Below are positions 1 through 11,618 of a stretch of 64,000 nucleotides of DNA, in pieces; the first letter of the stretch is position 1, and each line of letters opens with the position of its first letter. The stretch comes from Eledone cirrhosa. Taxonomy: Eukaryota. Location: contig OZ024741.1 in the NCBI GenBank assembly GCA_964016885.1, forward strand, positions 47,368,001-47,432,000, given 5' to 3'. A program made the translations under genes and the position numbers. The notes below the pieces were generated by a model, which was not told the origin of the DNA, searched no databases, and saw nothing but the letters and a program-made list of their open reading frames with translations.

Positions 1-2170
1 ATCCATGTGTATATGACGGAAACGTGCGTCTGGTGGGCTGAATTTTCCAAGAGGAGCGCGGATATGCCGATGAATCTTAGAATGTGCCCAACCGGTGATT
101 AAACGACGCATATTAGGCCAGAAGAATCGAGCCGTAATAAGCTTCACCGTGTCAGCTATGCCAGGATGTGACAAGGAATGAAGTGCATCAAAAACGGTAC
201 TTTGATGGCAATCTGGAACAAGTGGTCTGGGTGAGCCAGTAGAAACATCGCAGAGAATTTTCCCTTCAGAAGATGGAAGAGGTAAATATTCCAATTTGCA
301 GCAGGATAACTGGTCAGAGGAAATGTCCAACGAATCCAAAGTAGGCTGGTCAGTTGTAATGGCAACTAAATCGATATGTGCAGAGACGCAAGAGAACACA
401 CAGAAAGTCGAGATAGTGCGTCTGCGGGTATGTTGGAAGTTCCGGCTATATGACGGATTTCACTGGTATACTGTGAGATGAGATCCAGATGTCTATACAC
501 TCTCGGAGAGTACTTGTCGGACTTGGATTGTAAAGCGAACGTTAACGGTTTGTGGTCCGTGAATATCGTGAACTCCCGCCCCTCCAAAAGGTGGTGGAAA
601 TGCTTCACGGCAAGATAAATCGCCAAAAGTTCTCTGTCAAAGGTGCTGTATCTCTGTTCTGCTGGTTTTAATTGGCGAGAGAAAAATGCCAATGGTTGAA
701 TGCCAATGGTTGAACTTGGTGATCGATTACATGATGCAAAACTGCGCCAACAGCACGATCGGATGCATCAACAGATAAGGAAAGTCTCGCATTTGCAACA
801 GGATGGGCAAGGAAAGAAACTTTAGCTAGCTCAGACTTGACGGATTTAAAAGACTGCAATGCATCGGCAGAAAGTGAAATTTTTTCATCTTTCTTTTTTG
901 CAGCTCTTAAAAACTGTGTCAAGGGGAATAACTTGTCCGCACAGTTAGGAATAAAGCGACGATAAAAGTTAATTAATCCTAAGAAGTGGCGTAATTGTTT
1001 CAATTGATGCTGGTGGTGCTAATTGCTGAATCGCCTCTACTTTAGCTGGCAAAGGACGAATGCCTTCTGAATCTATAAGGTGTCCGAGGAATTCCAGTGA
1101 ATCTGCACCAAACACACATTTAGCTGGGTTGATTCTCACTTGGTACGATTGGCGACGTTGAAATAACTGAGTTAGATGTTGGTGATGATGATCATTCGAA
1201 TCGCTGGCTATGAGGAGATCATCAACGTAAGCAAACACGAAATCCAATCCACGCGTGACTTCATCGATAAAATGCTGGAACGTACTAGAAGTATTCCGCA
1301 AACCAAAAGGCATGGATAGGAATTCAAACGAACCAAAAGGGGTGGTCACAGCTGCTTTTGGTATGTCTTCCGGATGCATGGGTATTTGATGGTAAGCGCG
1401 TACCAGATCTATTTTAGAAAATAACTTGCATCCATGCAGAGCGGATGAAAAATCCTGTAAATTTGGTAGAGGATAACGATCAGGTGTTGTGATAGCGTTA
1501 AGTCGTCTATAATCACCCATGGGTCTAAAATCCGCTTCACCCTTACGAGCCAAATGAAGCGGGGATGCCCATGGGCTGGTGGACGGTCGTATAAGCCCAA
1601 GCTGAAGCATGTGATCGAACTCATCCCTGGCTTTGTTTAGTCTGTCTGGAGCCAGCCTACGTGGCCGAGAAAAAACAGGCGGAGCAGTTGTTGTAATAAA
1701 ATGTCGAGTCGAGTGGATTACTTGGTTCAGTTTAAATGAAATGTCAGTTAACTCGGGAAACGAGGCAAGAAGAGAATGAAACTGGTTTCCAGAGGCAGCT
1801 ATGAAACACGCGGGACCTGTGATTGAAACAGTAGAACCATGAGCAGGCGTAGATAAAGATGTGGTGCCATCCACAAGTTTTTGTTTCCTGACATCTACTA
1901 ACAGTGAGTAGTGGTGTAAAAAAATCCGCACCGAGAATAGGGTGGGGTAGGTCCGCTACAACGAAAATCCATTTGAAATCCCGACGCAAAGCTAGGTCCA
2001 ATGATAGAGATATTTGTCCATAAGTTTTTATAGGAGACCGGTTTACTGCATACAAGGAAATACCGAAAAAATTTGGCTTGGTACAGCTGAAACGAAGGGG
2101 CCAAATACTGCAGCTAGATCCTGTGTCGACCATAAACGATTTGTTTGAAATTCGATCTTTTATAAAAAAA
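1..2170 (-). pseudogene. pol: Gypsy pol (protease-RT-RNase H, presumed start of integrase), frameshifted
   Basis: DTG protease; RT motifs SPWASP, DYRRLN, KIDLVRAYHQI, MPFGL, YVDDLL; RNase H motifs. Spread over 4-5 frames. Confidence 0.92.
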
Positions 2171-2230
2171 AAAAGGCTCGATAAGGAGAATTAATGGAGG
2201 AGAGATCTGCCGTGCCCAGATTCTCCAGGT

Positions 2231-2996
2231 TTAGTTTTCCGAAGTCCCGAAAGAGCAGGGTTGAATGCAATGATTCGCCTTTTCACGAAAACGCACGTGA
2301 TACCAACATATAGAAGAGTTGTTGGCGGGGGTTTTGGCGCGACGATGAAAAGAAGGAGAACGACTTCGTGGATGCCATCTGGAATGTGATCGTTCTCGAC
2401 ACAGTTTAGTCACTTGACGAGTTAGCACGTCAATGGCTCTCAATATAGAGTCCTCACGAGGTGGAACAGGCTGTGCTTTAAAAGTAGCAGAAGCAATGTG
2501 TGGATCTGCCGAAGTGGGTACTCGAGAAAATTCCATTATGCGGTCCGCTGAGGCTGCAATTTGGTCCAAGGAACTGGTGTCGACTATATTTGCCAGTATG
2601 GTCTGCACATTTGTTGGAAAACGGGAGAAGAATAATTGTTTTACGAAAGAGTTATCCTCTGCCATTGAGTCGTTCAGTTCTCGGATGCGCCGTAAAAATT
2701 GGGACGGAGTTCTATCTCCCAGGTTTTCCTCCTCCAACAAGGAACGAAATTTTCTCTCAGACGAACGGCTGTTCCGTCTGAGCACTTCTGCCTTAAGGGT
2801 CTCGTAAGTGACGCCTTGTGGGGGATCGGTGATGATATCCTTTACTGACACGGCGAGCGAGGCAGGGATTCCGCTTATGAGCACGTAAGCGCTGTTGTGC
2901 CGCTTGGACGCCATGTGCAACAAAATACGAATCTAGTTGTGCAAACCACAACTCTGCATCACCTGAATACGTCGGTAGCGAAGAATTACTCATCAT
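2231..2996 (-). pseudogene. gag: Gypsy gag, split by a frameshift
   Basis: ORFs 2793-2996 (LPTYSGDAELWFAQLDSYF) and 2231-2923 (LGDRTPSQFLRR, CWYH-x9-C-x3-C knuckle). Ends G GAA AAC TAA, a possible -1 frameshift site into pol. Confidence 0.85.
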
Positions 2997-3292
2997 GAAT
3001 GTAGTAGTCGCTGGGTGAAATGTTTTTTAACTGCCGCACATGTGGTTTAACTTCCGCGAATAAAGCAATGACAACACATTTGAAAGAAAATTAGTTGTAT
3101 TTTCAAAAAATATATATACACGCACGTGGTGGTAACATGAATGGTTGAAGTGATGTAATACGGAGGAAGCAAAATGGCGGACACAAAACGAAGGCTGTGT
3201 TGAAAACGAAAACAGGAGGTGCAAAAAACAATTTATATTTTCTTTATGCGTATCCGGGAATTATCATTTTTTTTTTTTCGTTGGTGTTTCTG

Positions 3293-3307
3293 TACGGCGG
3301 GTCACCA
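3293..3307 (-). promoter_or_regulatory. Primer-binding site, degenerate tRNA-Trp type
   Basis: TGGTGACCCGCCGTA directly after the LTR; canonical Trp PBS is TGGTGACCCCGACGTGAT. Confidence 0.7.
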
Positions 3308-3308
3308 T

Positions 3309-3666
3309 TTTAGTGTTCTGCCAGACCCAGGATTATTTACTTGAGTAAATATCACCGGAATCTAACTACTAAATTTTATACAGAAAAGGATAAGATATAT
3401 TTACAAAACACCATATCGAATACAAGTCTTCATTTTATTGTAACTCTGTTATAATTGTTGTACACAAATATCCTCGTACATATTTAGGTATAGTCCAAGC
3501 CCGTGATTAACATGTTCATCTTCAGTGTTGTCAGTTCGTAGGAAAAGCGCCAAAGAGAGAGAGCTGTTGCTGCTATTTATAACTTCTTTCCGGAAGTTGC
3601 AAAAGAAGGTTCTAGACTTTCGACGGGAAGTAACTCTAACCACTTCCCTGTCTAGAGACCGCTACA
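3309..3666 (-). repeat. 5' LTR of the Gypsy element
   Basis: Minus strand starts TGTAGCG and ends CACTAAA just before the PBS; contains a TATAAA box. An alternative end at ...AGAACA (3314) is possible because the 3' LTR is outside the window. Confidence 0.75.
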
Positions 3667-4173
3667 GATAGATTAACACGGTTATTAGATGAAATAACAA
3701 GAATAAATAATTTAGTTTATATATAAAGGTTTACTTCACTTCAGTCAAATAGAACAACAAACATATTACCACGAGTTGCAAAGGTTGACAATGTTATTTT
3801 GTTGTTGATGTGAAAACAGCGAGCGACCAGATAAAGTTTGTTGGTGGATGCAGTCCGTGGTAGTAGTTCTCGTCGTGAGTCTGGTTTAGTCTGAGACTAG
3901 GAGACAGAGAGAGGGGGTAATAGGCTGTAATTGACTGTAGACCACTGTGGCCTGTAGATGCGGTAAATCCTTACATAGCTAGTCTGTATCGTAGTGCTCC
4001 GATCTCTCTGTCTATAAAGTGGGAAAATATAGGCTTTATATACCTGTCGCTCTCTGTCTCCCACCTTGAGGGGATAGCCCACGCATGAACCTGTTCACAC
4101 CAAAAGGGTGGTGACCTAGAGTTTGACCTTTAGGTGTCACCCAAGGTTCAAGGCGTGGACAGATTTCGCTACA
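3667..4173 (-). repeat. Probable older LTR fragment into which the Gypsy element is nested
   Basis: Minus strand begins TGTAGCG at 4173 next to a (CA)n/(TA)n tract; TATAAA at about 4034-4039; interrupted at 3667. Confidence 0.4.
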
Positions 4174-4178
4174 CACAT

Positions 4179-4268
<90 letters not shown>

Positions 4269-4367
4269 TTATAAACTACAACTACAACTTGAAAAAAATA
4301 TACGTATGGGGGAGGGTTGGTGTCACTATGGCGCCCCTACGACCCCATCAGGAGCTACGGGACCATA

Positions 4368-4400
<33 letters not shown>

Positions 4401-4410
4401 AACCAGTAAG

Positions 4411-4504
4411 ACCCCGACAGCTGAGCTCAAGCCGTTTCGACGGCTAATTCTGGACTAAATGAACATTTATCCTGGTATTTAAATAGCCGATCTTCTCAAG
4501 GGGT
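4411..4504 (-). ncRNA. Type I hammerhead ribozyme, U3-A8 variant (left arm copy)
   Basis: Reverse complement of 9506-9599. Confidence 0.7.
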
Positions 4505-5595
4505 AATTCCATATATGGTCAAAGTGATTGTCAAAAATCAGTAGTAATTCTGTGGTTGCAAATTAGTAGGGGAGATGGTGGCTAAACCTGCCAGTAGGAG
4601 AAAGAGGGGAGGGGGTGGAGTAGACCCAATCAAGCGTTGGTAGTGCCAGCTACAGCTGGGCATGAGGTCAAAGAAGATACAGGGGAGGGGGAGGGGGAGG
4701 AAGTCGGAACGGTAGGTAGAACAATGGGGGGTAAAAATAGGAAAGAAAAAATACTGAGAGTGAAGAAAAGCAAATAAGTGTAAAGAAAAAATTAAATTCT
4801 ACGACCTAGGTGTCAGGCTATTGTTAGGCGAGAATAAAATAAAGAAAGAAAGAAAGAAGTAAATAAATAAATAAATAAATAAATAAGGAAATAAGTAAAA
4901 GAACTAGGTGGGACGAATTAGGCAAGGACCCTTTTAAGAGGTATAAGTACGTAAATGATACGGTGACTGGTCAACAAAAGGGGCCAAAATACTAAAGAGA
5001 CTACCACGAAATAAACAATAAAGGTTTCCATCCCGGGCCAGCAACGACCCAGTGCAGCAAAGTGAACTTGTACGACATAATAATTCTGAGTCCCGGGAAA
5101 AATATACTAATGCTAACTCTAAAAGATCTAAAACAAGCTACATGAAAGTTCGTACGAAATAAAGGTAGAATACGGAGAAATAAGTTCAGAATCCACCCCG
5201 CCCAGAAGAAAAGCGAAGCAAGAAATACTGAAACGAAAAAATAAGGCATAAGTGCCACTAAGAAATATAGAGGGCACAGAGAATAGTGGGAGCGGTCGGA
5301 AAAGGGGGGCAAGTATCCGGGGTCTAAGCCAACTGCTATAAAGGGCGGAGTCCGCCAAATCTATCAAAGACTAGGGGAGGGGGGAGTGGGGGTACTAAGG
5401 CTACATGGGACCAAAGGGCAGCCTCGGGTGGGCGAGAAAAGACGCCGACAAAGGAGAAGAGCTGGGGTAGAAGGACAAAGGAGAGAGGGGGGAAGGAAAT
5501 AAAGGATGCGATAAAAGAATACAAAGAAGATCTTACGTCTTCCTTGGCAAGCAGGGGTTACCCATTGCAAAATCGGCAACTGGGGTGTTATAGCC

Positions 5596-7518
5596 CTAGT
5601 CTACCCCCCCCGGGTCATTATGGGGTTTGAGGGCGAGGTAAGTCCTACGCAATCTATGTTTACATGCAGTAACCAGTTCATCTTTCTTGTTTAGGAGTTG
5701 GTCCGTCGAAAACAGCATTTGTAAAGTTTCCTCCGAGCATAAATTGCACGGACGGCGTCCTCCCGTGTAAGAATTGGCTCTGGACAGTAATCTCCAAGTG
5801 AGATCATAGGTGATGTTGTTGTCCTTGAGGTCCCATATGTGGCCCGAAAGTGTAGTGGCGTGACGCCGGGCCGGGTTTCGGAAGGTATGTCTATGTTGGT
5901 ATAGCCGGGTCTTGAAGTCACATGCGGTAAGTCCTATATAGGCTTTGTTGGAGGTATCCGTCCTCACGTTGCACTGGTAGATCACATTACGGTCTCTGCA
6001 TCTATTGTCGAGTGGGCAAATAGATCTATCCGGGCAGTTACACCTCCTGGTCGGTTCTCCACTGCTATTTAGGTTATTTCTGCCATCGGGGTTGAGTTTT
6101 TTGTTGTTAGAGGAGACGATGTTTTGTGCGAAGTTTGGTGTAGTGCTGTAAGAGAGTTTGATGGTATTTTTGTTAATTATGTTGTGGTAGCGGTGTTGTA
6201 ATGGGAAGTGTTTTTCAATGAGCCTAAAGAATAGTTTCCCGATGGGAGTAGTCACCTCTGCGTTGTGGGGAGGATTGAACCATGTTACATTGCGTGAGCG
6301 GCGGTGTCTCCTGCTGGTTCCGCTAATGGGATCTGGACAGTAGGATATTTCCTCCCGGAAACCACTCCGCTTGAGGGCCTGGTTGTAATAAGGCGCATGT
6401 TCATCGAATATCCGCTCATTAGCTGACAAACGGGATATGCGGAGGGAGATGTTTTTGACCAGGTTGTTTGTGATGTTCCTAGGATGGTTTGATCGGCGGT
6501 GGATGTAGTGCAGATTGTCATTAGGTTTCCTGTATGGGTAGTACAGGTCGTTTTCGAGGTCGAGGGTTACGTCCAGGAAGTTTACTCGGGTCAGGGACGT
6601 TTGTAGGGTTATTTTAAATCCCCAGTCGCGGAAGAATCTGATTAATTGTTTCCGGACCCGATCTGTACTACTGGGGTTGTACCCTTTAAGGGTAAGGAGC
6701 CCATCATCACGGTACAATCCACCACCGAATGCAGGAAACATATCAGTGAGTTTGGCTATTAGGAATAATCCTATAAGATCAGTGACCTCCGCCGAATCCG
6801 TGGCGCCCATGCTGACGTCGAAGGGTGAGTCGGGAGCTCTTTTTATCCATTTAGAGTCGTCAAAGAGTAAGACTGTCTTCCTGGCGTGGAGGATGATTTT
6901 TCTTTCCTGGTCGGTGATGGGCACGAGTGTTTCGGCGAAGTCCAAGGCGGCAGTAAGTAGCGGTAAGGTGATTGAAGCATAGTAGCTCTCTATGTCGAAC
7001 TGTATGAATTTAGTTTCTCGTTTATCCTCCATATTGCTGAACCAGGAGATTACTTCCTGGGTGTTGATCCATAGGCTAAGTCGGGTGTGTTGCTTGACTT
7101 ATGGTATCACGCGGTCTAGGATTTTTTTGCTGATTCTCCCTATGTCGGACTTCGTTGGGTTAATAAGCCTGATGGAGGGTTTACGGTCAAAATCGGATTT
7201 ATGGTCCTTCAGTGTGAAGTATGGTGTCCGTGGGTCTAGAGGTTCCGTGCGGTCGGCGACCCCGAGGCTGGAGGTGATTTGTTGTCCATCTCGATTTATG
7301 TCCTCGATGCAAGAGTGGTTGGCCTTTTTATAGGTGGAGTTTAGGCTGCTCCTGATCAGTGTGTGGTATCTGTCAGGGTTGACAAAGTATAGGTTCCCAG
7401 TTTTATCCGAATGCACCATGATGTCATTTGTGTTATCATACTCTGTTAAGTTGCTACGGAGTTTTTGTAGGAATCGGTTGTGTCTGGGTTTAAATTTAAT
7501 GTTCTTGACCAGTTCAAA
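5596..7518 (-). pseudogene. PLE RT + GIY-YIG endonuclease, 5'-truncated, one in-frame TAA at 7099-7101
   Basis: SDKTGN, FDIESYY, MGATD, GLYRDDG, VNFLDVTL, SNHP, WFNPP, CNC-x5-C linker, NVIYQC...YIGLT...R...H, CNLC. The 7099-7569 and 5596-7032 ORFs are in the same frame. Confidence 0.9.
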
Positions 7519-8407
7519 CCATCCTAGGAACATCACAAACAACCTGGTCAAAAACATCTCCCTCCGCATATCCCGTTTGTCAGCTAATGAGCGGATATTC
7601 GATGAACATGCGCCTTATTACAACCAGGCCCTCAGGCGGAGTGGTTTCCGGGAGGAAATATCCTACTGTCCAGATCCCATTAGCGGAACCAGCAGGAGAC
7701 ACCGCCGCTCACGCAATGTAACATGGTTCAATCCTCCCCACAACGCAGAGGTGACTACTCCCATCGGGAAACTATTCTTTAGGCTCATTGAAAAACACTT
7801 CCCATTACAACACCGCTACCACAACATAATTAACAAAAATACCATCAAACTCTCTTACAGCACTACACCAAACTTCGCACAAAACATCGTCTCCTCTAAC
7901 AACAAAAAACTCAACCCCGATGGCAGAAATAACCTAAATAGCAGTGGAGAACCGACCAGGAGGTGTAACTGCCCGGATAGATCTATTTGCCCACTCGACA
8001 ATAGATGCAGAGACCGTAATGTGATCTACCAGTGCAACGTGAGGACGGATACCTCCAACAAAGCCTATATAGGACTTACCGCATGTGACTTCAAGACCCG
8101 GCTATACCAACATAGACATACCTTCCGAAACCCGGCCCGGCGTCACGCCACTACACTTTCGGGCCACATATGGGACCTCAAGGACAACAACATCACCTAT
8201 GATCTCACTTGGAGATTACTGTCCAGAGCCAATTCTTACACGGGAGGACGCCGTCCGTGCAATTTATGCTCGGAGGAAACTTTACAAATGCTGTTTTCGA
8301 CGGACCAACTCCTAAACAAGAAAGATGAACTGGTTACTGCATGTAAACATAGATTGCGTAGGACTTACCTCGCCCTCAAACCCCATAATGACCCGGGGGG
8401 GGGGTAG
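7418..8407 (+). CDS. Chimeric ORF: antisense spacer fused in frame to PLE thumb + intact GIY-YIG endonuclease (right arm)
   Basis: Open frame 7334-8407 with first ATG at 7418 crosses the inversion junction; C-terminal ~295 aa nearly identical to the left copy. Expression unknown. Confidence 0.45.
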   Translation: MMSFVLSYSVKLLRSFCRNRLCLGLNLMFLTSSNHPRNITNNLVKNISLRISRLSANERIFDEHAPYYNQALRRSGFREEISYCPDPISGTSRRHRRSRNVTWFNPPHNAEVTTPIGKLFFRLIEKHFPLQHRYHNIINKNTIKLSYSTTPNFAQNIVSSNNKKLNPDGRNNLNSSGEPTRRCNCPDRSICPLDNRCRDRNVIYQCNVRTDTSNKAYIGLTACDFKTRLYQHRHTFRNPARRHATTLSGHIWDLKDNNITYDLTWRLLSRANSYTGGRRPCNLCSEETLQMLFSTDQLLNKKDELVTACKHRLRRTYLALKPHNDPGGG

Positions 8408-9505
8408 ACTAGGGCTATAACACCCCAGTTGCCGATTTTGCAATGGGTAACCCCTGCTTGCCAAGGAAGACGTAAGATCTTCTTTGTATTCTTTTATCGC
8501 ATCCTTTATTTCCTTCCCCCCTCTCTCCTTTGTCCTTCTACCCCAGCTCTTCTCCTTTGTCGGCGTCTTTTCTCGCCCACCCGAGGCTGCCCTTTGGTCC
8601 CATGTAGCCTTAGTACCCCCACTCCCCCCTCCCCTAGTCTTTGATAGATTTGGCGGACTCCGCCCTTTATAGCAGTTGGCTTAGACCCCGGATACTTGCC
8701 CCCCTTTTCCGACCGCTCCCACTATTCTCTGTGCCCTCTATATTTCTTAGTGGCACTTATGCCTTATTTTTTCGTTTCAGTATTTCTTGCTTCGCTTTTC
8801 TTCTGGGCGGGGTGGATTCTGAACTTATTTCTCCGTATTCTACCTTTATTTCGTACGAACTTTCATGTAGCTTGTTTTAGATCTTTTAGAGTTAGCATTA
8901 GTATATATTTTTCCCGGGACTCAGAATTATTATGTCGTACAAGTTCACTTTGCTGCACTGGGTCGTTGCTGGCCCGGGATGGAAACCTTTATTGTTTATT
9001 TCGTGGTAGTCTCTTTAGTATTTTGGCCCCTTTTGTTGACCAGTCACCGTATCATTTACGTACTTATACCTCTTAAAAGGGTCCTTGCCTAATTCGTCCC
9101 ACCTAGTTCTTTTACTTATTTCCTTATTTATTTATTTATTTATTTATTTACTTCTTTCTTTCTTTCTTTATTTTATTCTCGCCTAACAATAGCCTGACAC
9201 CTAGGTCGTAGAATTTAATTTTTTCTTTACACTTATTTGCTTTTCTTCACTCTCAGTATTTTTTCTTTCCTATTTTTACCCCCCATTGTTCTACCTACCG
9301 TTCCGACTTCCTCCCCCTCCCCCTCCCCTGTATCTTCTTTGACCTCATGCCCAGCTGTAGCTGGCACTACCAACGCTTGATTGGGTCTACTCCACCCCCT
9401 CCCCTCTTTCTCCTACTGGCAGGTTTAGCCACCATCTCCCCTACTAATTTGCAACCACAGAATTACTACTGATTTTTGACAATCACTTTGACCATATATG
9501 GAATT

Positions 9506-9599
9506 ACCCCTTGAGAAGATCGGCTATTTAAATACCAGGATAAATGTTCATTTAGTCCAGAATTAGCCGTCGAAACGGCTTGAGCTCAGCTGTCGGGGT
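9506..9599 (+). ncRNA. Type I hammerhead ribozyme, U3-A8 variant
   Basis: Stem I ACCCC/GGGGT; core TTGAGAA; stem II GA(T)CGGCTA/TAGCCGTC; GAAA; stem III ACGGCT/AGCTGT; GTC cleavage triplet ending at 9594. Confidence 0.7.
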
Positions 9600-9713
9600 C
9601 TTACTGGTTCCTATTACCCACTCTACTACCTCAAGTATTGAGTACTTTGGTGCGTTATGGTCCACCTGGTTCCTTACCACATTTCCTTCGTTATATATAT
9701 ATATATATATATT

Positions 9714-9843
9714 TATGGTCCCGTACCTCCTGATGGGGTCGTAGGGGTACCATAGTGACATACAGCGTTTCTTGGGCATCTTAAGCCAAGCGGAGCCCAT
9801 CCTTCTCCGGACCTGAGTACAGCAGACTTCTTCCAGAGAAGGT
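9714..9843 (-). mobile_element. Short LINE-like 3' end fragment; a 47-bp relative lies inverted at 4321-4367
   Basis: TGTCACTATGG..CCCCTACGACCCCATCAGGAG.TACGGGACCATA runs into (TA)n at both sites. Confidence 0.45.
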
Positions 9844-9844
9844 T

Positions 9845-11618
9845 AGAATGTGAAAAATAAGTGAGAAAAGGGTACAGAGAAAGAATCGAACCCAGTACTA
9901 GACTGGTACTTTTTTTTACTCCTGCAATGCTGCGACGTCACCTTAAGAATAAACGCAACCATGCCTCTCCTGGTCTTGATGGTGTTACGTACCTGCTGCT
10001 CAAACGTGTGGGTACTTTCTTCAGCACCAGCTTTCACTCTTCTTTCAATTCTGTCTTAACAACGGTGCTTCTCCGGAACAGAGGAAAACTGCCAGTCATT
10101 CAAAAAAGGTGCCATTCAAAAAGGGTGACCGCACATCGGCTGTCAACTATTGTCCAGTCAGCCTTACTAGCTGTATTGCCAAACTGATGGAATCCTGTGT
10201 CAGAGAAACACTCTGGAACTTCTGGAATTCTCACAGTCTTATCTGGCTCTTGCAATTTGGATTTATCCTTAACTCCAGCTACTGAAGACATCACCCGGAT
10301 CACTGATGGCGGCTCATGGGTGGATGTTGTTTACCTTGACTTTGCTAAAGCTTTCAATTCTGTGTCCCACAAAAGACTTATAGCAAAATCTCTGCAATGG
10401 GTGTGAAGGATGATCTTTTTAACTGGTTGAAGTCCTTCATCCTCAGTCGAAGAGAGGTAGTCACGGTTCTAGAACAGCATTCTTCACCGTATGAGATTCT
10501 ATATGGTGTACCACAGGGATCTGTTCTTGGTCCCCATTTAGTTTGTGACATATATTAATGACATAGCTGCCGACTTAAAGAATGCCACAGTATTGAAATA
10601 TGCAGATAATATCAAGCTGTACCCCGAGATAAAAAGGATAGATCCTGAACACTATAGATTTTTCCTGCAATTAGACCTGGACACAGTGCAGCAATGGATC
10701 ATGGACTGGCAACTCAAGCTCGCTGTGGACAAGTGTACCACCATGCATTTTGGGAGGGAAGACCCAGCGTCCACATACTCCCTCCACAAAACTAATATCA
10801 AGAAGTCTTCTTGTGAACCTGGCCTGGACATTACTGTCAGCAACGATTTGCGTTGGATAAAGCACATCTCTAAAATTGTCAAGAAGGCCAAGGGTGTCTT
10901 GGCATCACTCAGCAAGACCTTTGTCAGCCGCTCTCCAGCTATATTTAAAGCTGTATATAGCTATGGTATGGCCACACTTAGAATTTGCATTGCCAGTCTG
11001 GAACCCATATCTTGCTCAGAACATTGATCTCTTGGAAACTGTTCAGAGACGTGCAACCAAGCGTATAGCCTCCATAAGGCACCTACCATACTCTGAACGC
11101 ATTGCTTCCCTGGGCATGGATACATTGAAGCTCCAAAGCCTGGCAACTGACTTGGTGAACACCCACAAAATTAACCATCTTGCCAACAGCAACCCTGAAC
11201 ACCATTTTGAATTCTACGTGTCTAACACACGTGGGCATGCCTACAAAGTCAGAAAACAGCACAGCTCCCATGACTTTCGGAAACATTTTTTCACGCTCAG
11301 AGTTGCTGAAGTATGGAACAAACTACCTGCATCAGTTTTTAGCTGCCGAGACACTGCATCTTTTAAAACCTCCATGCTTCCTGAAATTCTCCAACACTAC
11401 ACCTGATATCCCCCCTCCATACACACGCACACATGTATATCATGACTCATACACTGTTCACTTTCCTGACATTTGTACGAAACAATTATTCTATGTACTA
11501 TATATGCACCTTTGATGAGGTGTAGTGCACCTGAGCACTGTACGCAATAATTTCATTATTGTTAATGGGATAATTGCTGGTCTTGTGCCAAAAGAAGAAA
11601 CAATTATTATTATTATTA
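9845..11618 (+). mobile_element. CR1-clade LINE, 5'-truncated and decayed
   Basis: SPGLDGV, VDVVYLDFAKAFNSVSH, GVPQGSVLGP, YADNIKLY, HLEFALPVWNPY, VQRRATK, TRGH..K; 3' stem-loop and (ATT)n tail; many frameshifts. Confidence 0.88.

Larger units (their letters stand above)
1..3666 (-). mobile_element. Ty3/Gypsy LTR retrotransposon, frameshifted/decayed, running off the left edge of the window
   Basis: Minus-strand order: LTR, PBS, gag (2231-2996), protease (VDTGS, 1744-2133), RT (YVDD, 969-1931), RNase H (VDASD, RELLAI, TDHKPL, PADALSR; 366-1003), then presumed integrase region below 365. The Gypsy call rests on RT/RNase H motifs and RT directly following protease. Several frameshifts. Confidence 0.95.
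4396..9690. mobile_element. Penelope-like element insertion 1: head-to-head palindrome of two 5'-truncated copies in (TA)n
   Basis: Arms 4396-6492 and 7514-9614 are near-identical reverse complements around a unique spacer 6493-7513; an extra tail 9615-9690 is on the right only. Encodes RT and a C-terminal GIY-YIG endonuclease. Confidence 0.95.

Noticed and set aside
5001-5579. Short hydrophobic ORFs mirrored at 8429-9076
   Set aside because: Pyrimidine-rich PLE 3' UTR; the two arms differ by a frameshifting indel.
7099-7101. In-frame stop in PLE ORF as selenocysteine recoding
   Set aside because: The codon is TAA. The TGAs in insertion 3 are arm-specific changes from Arg or Trp codons, not Cys positions.
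11505-11560. TTGATGA plus 9-bp hairpin as a hammerhead
   Set aside because: GCAA replaces GAAA, the 3-8 pair is non-standard and there is no stem I; better explained as the CR1 3' stem-loop.
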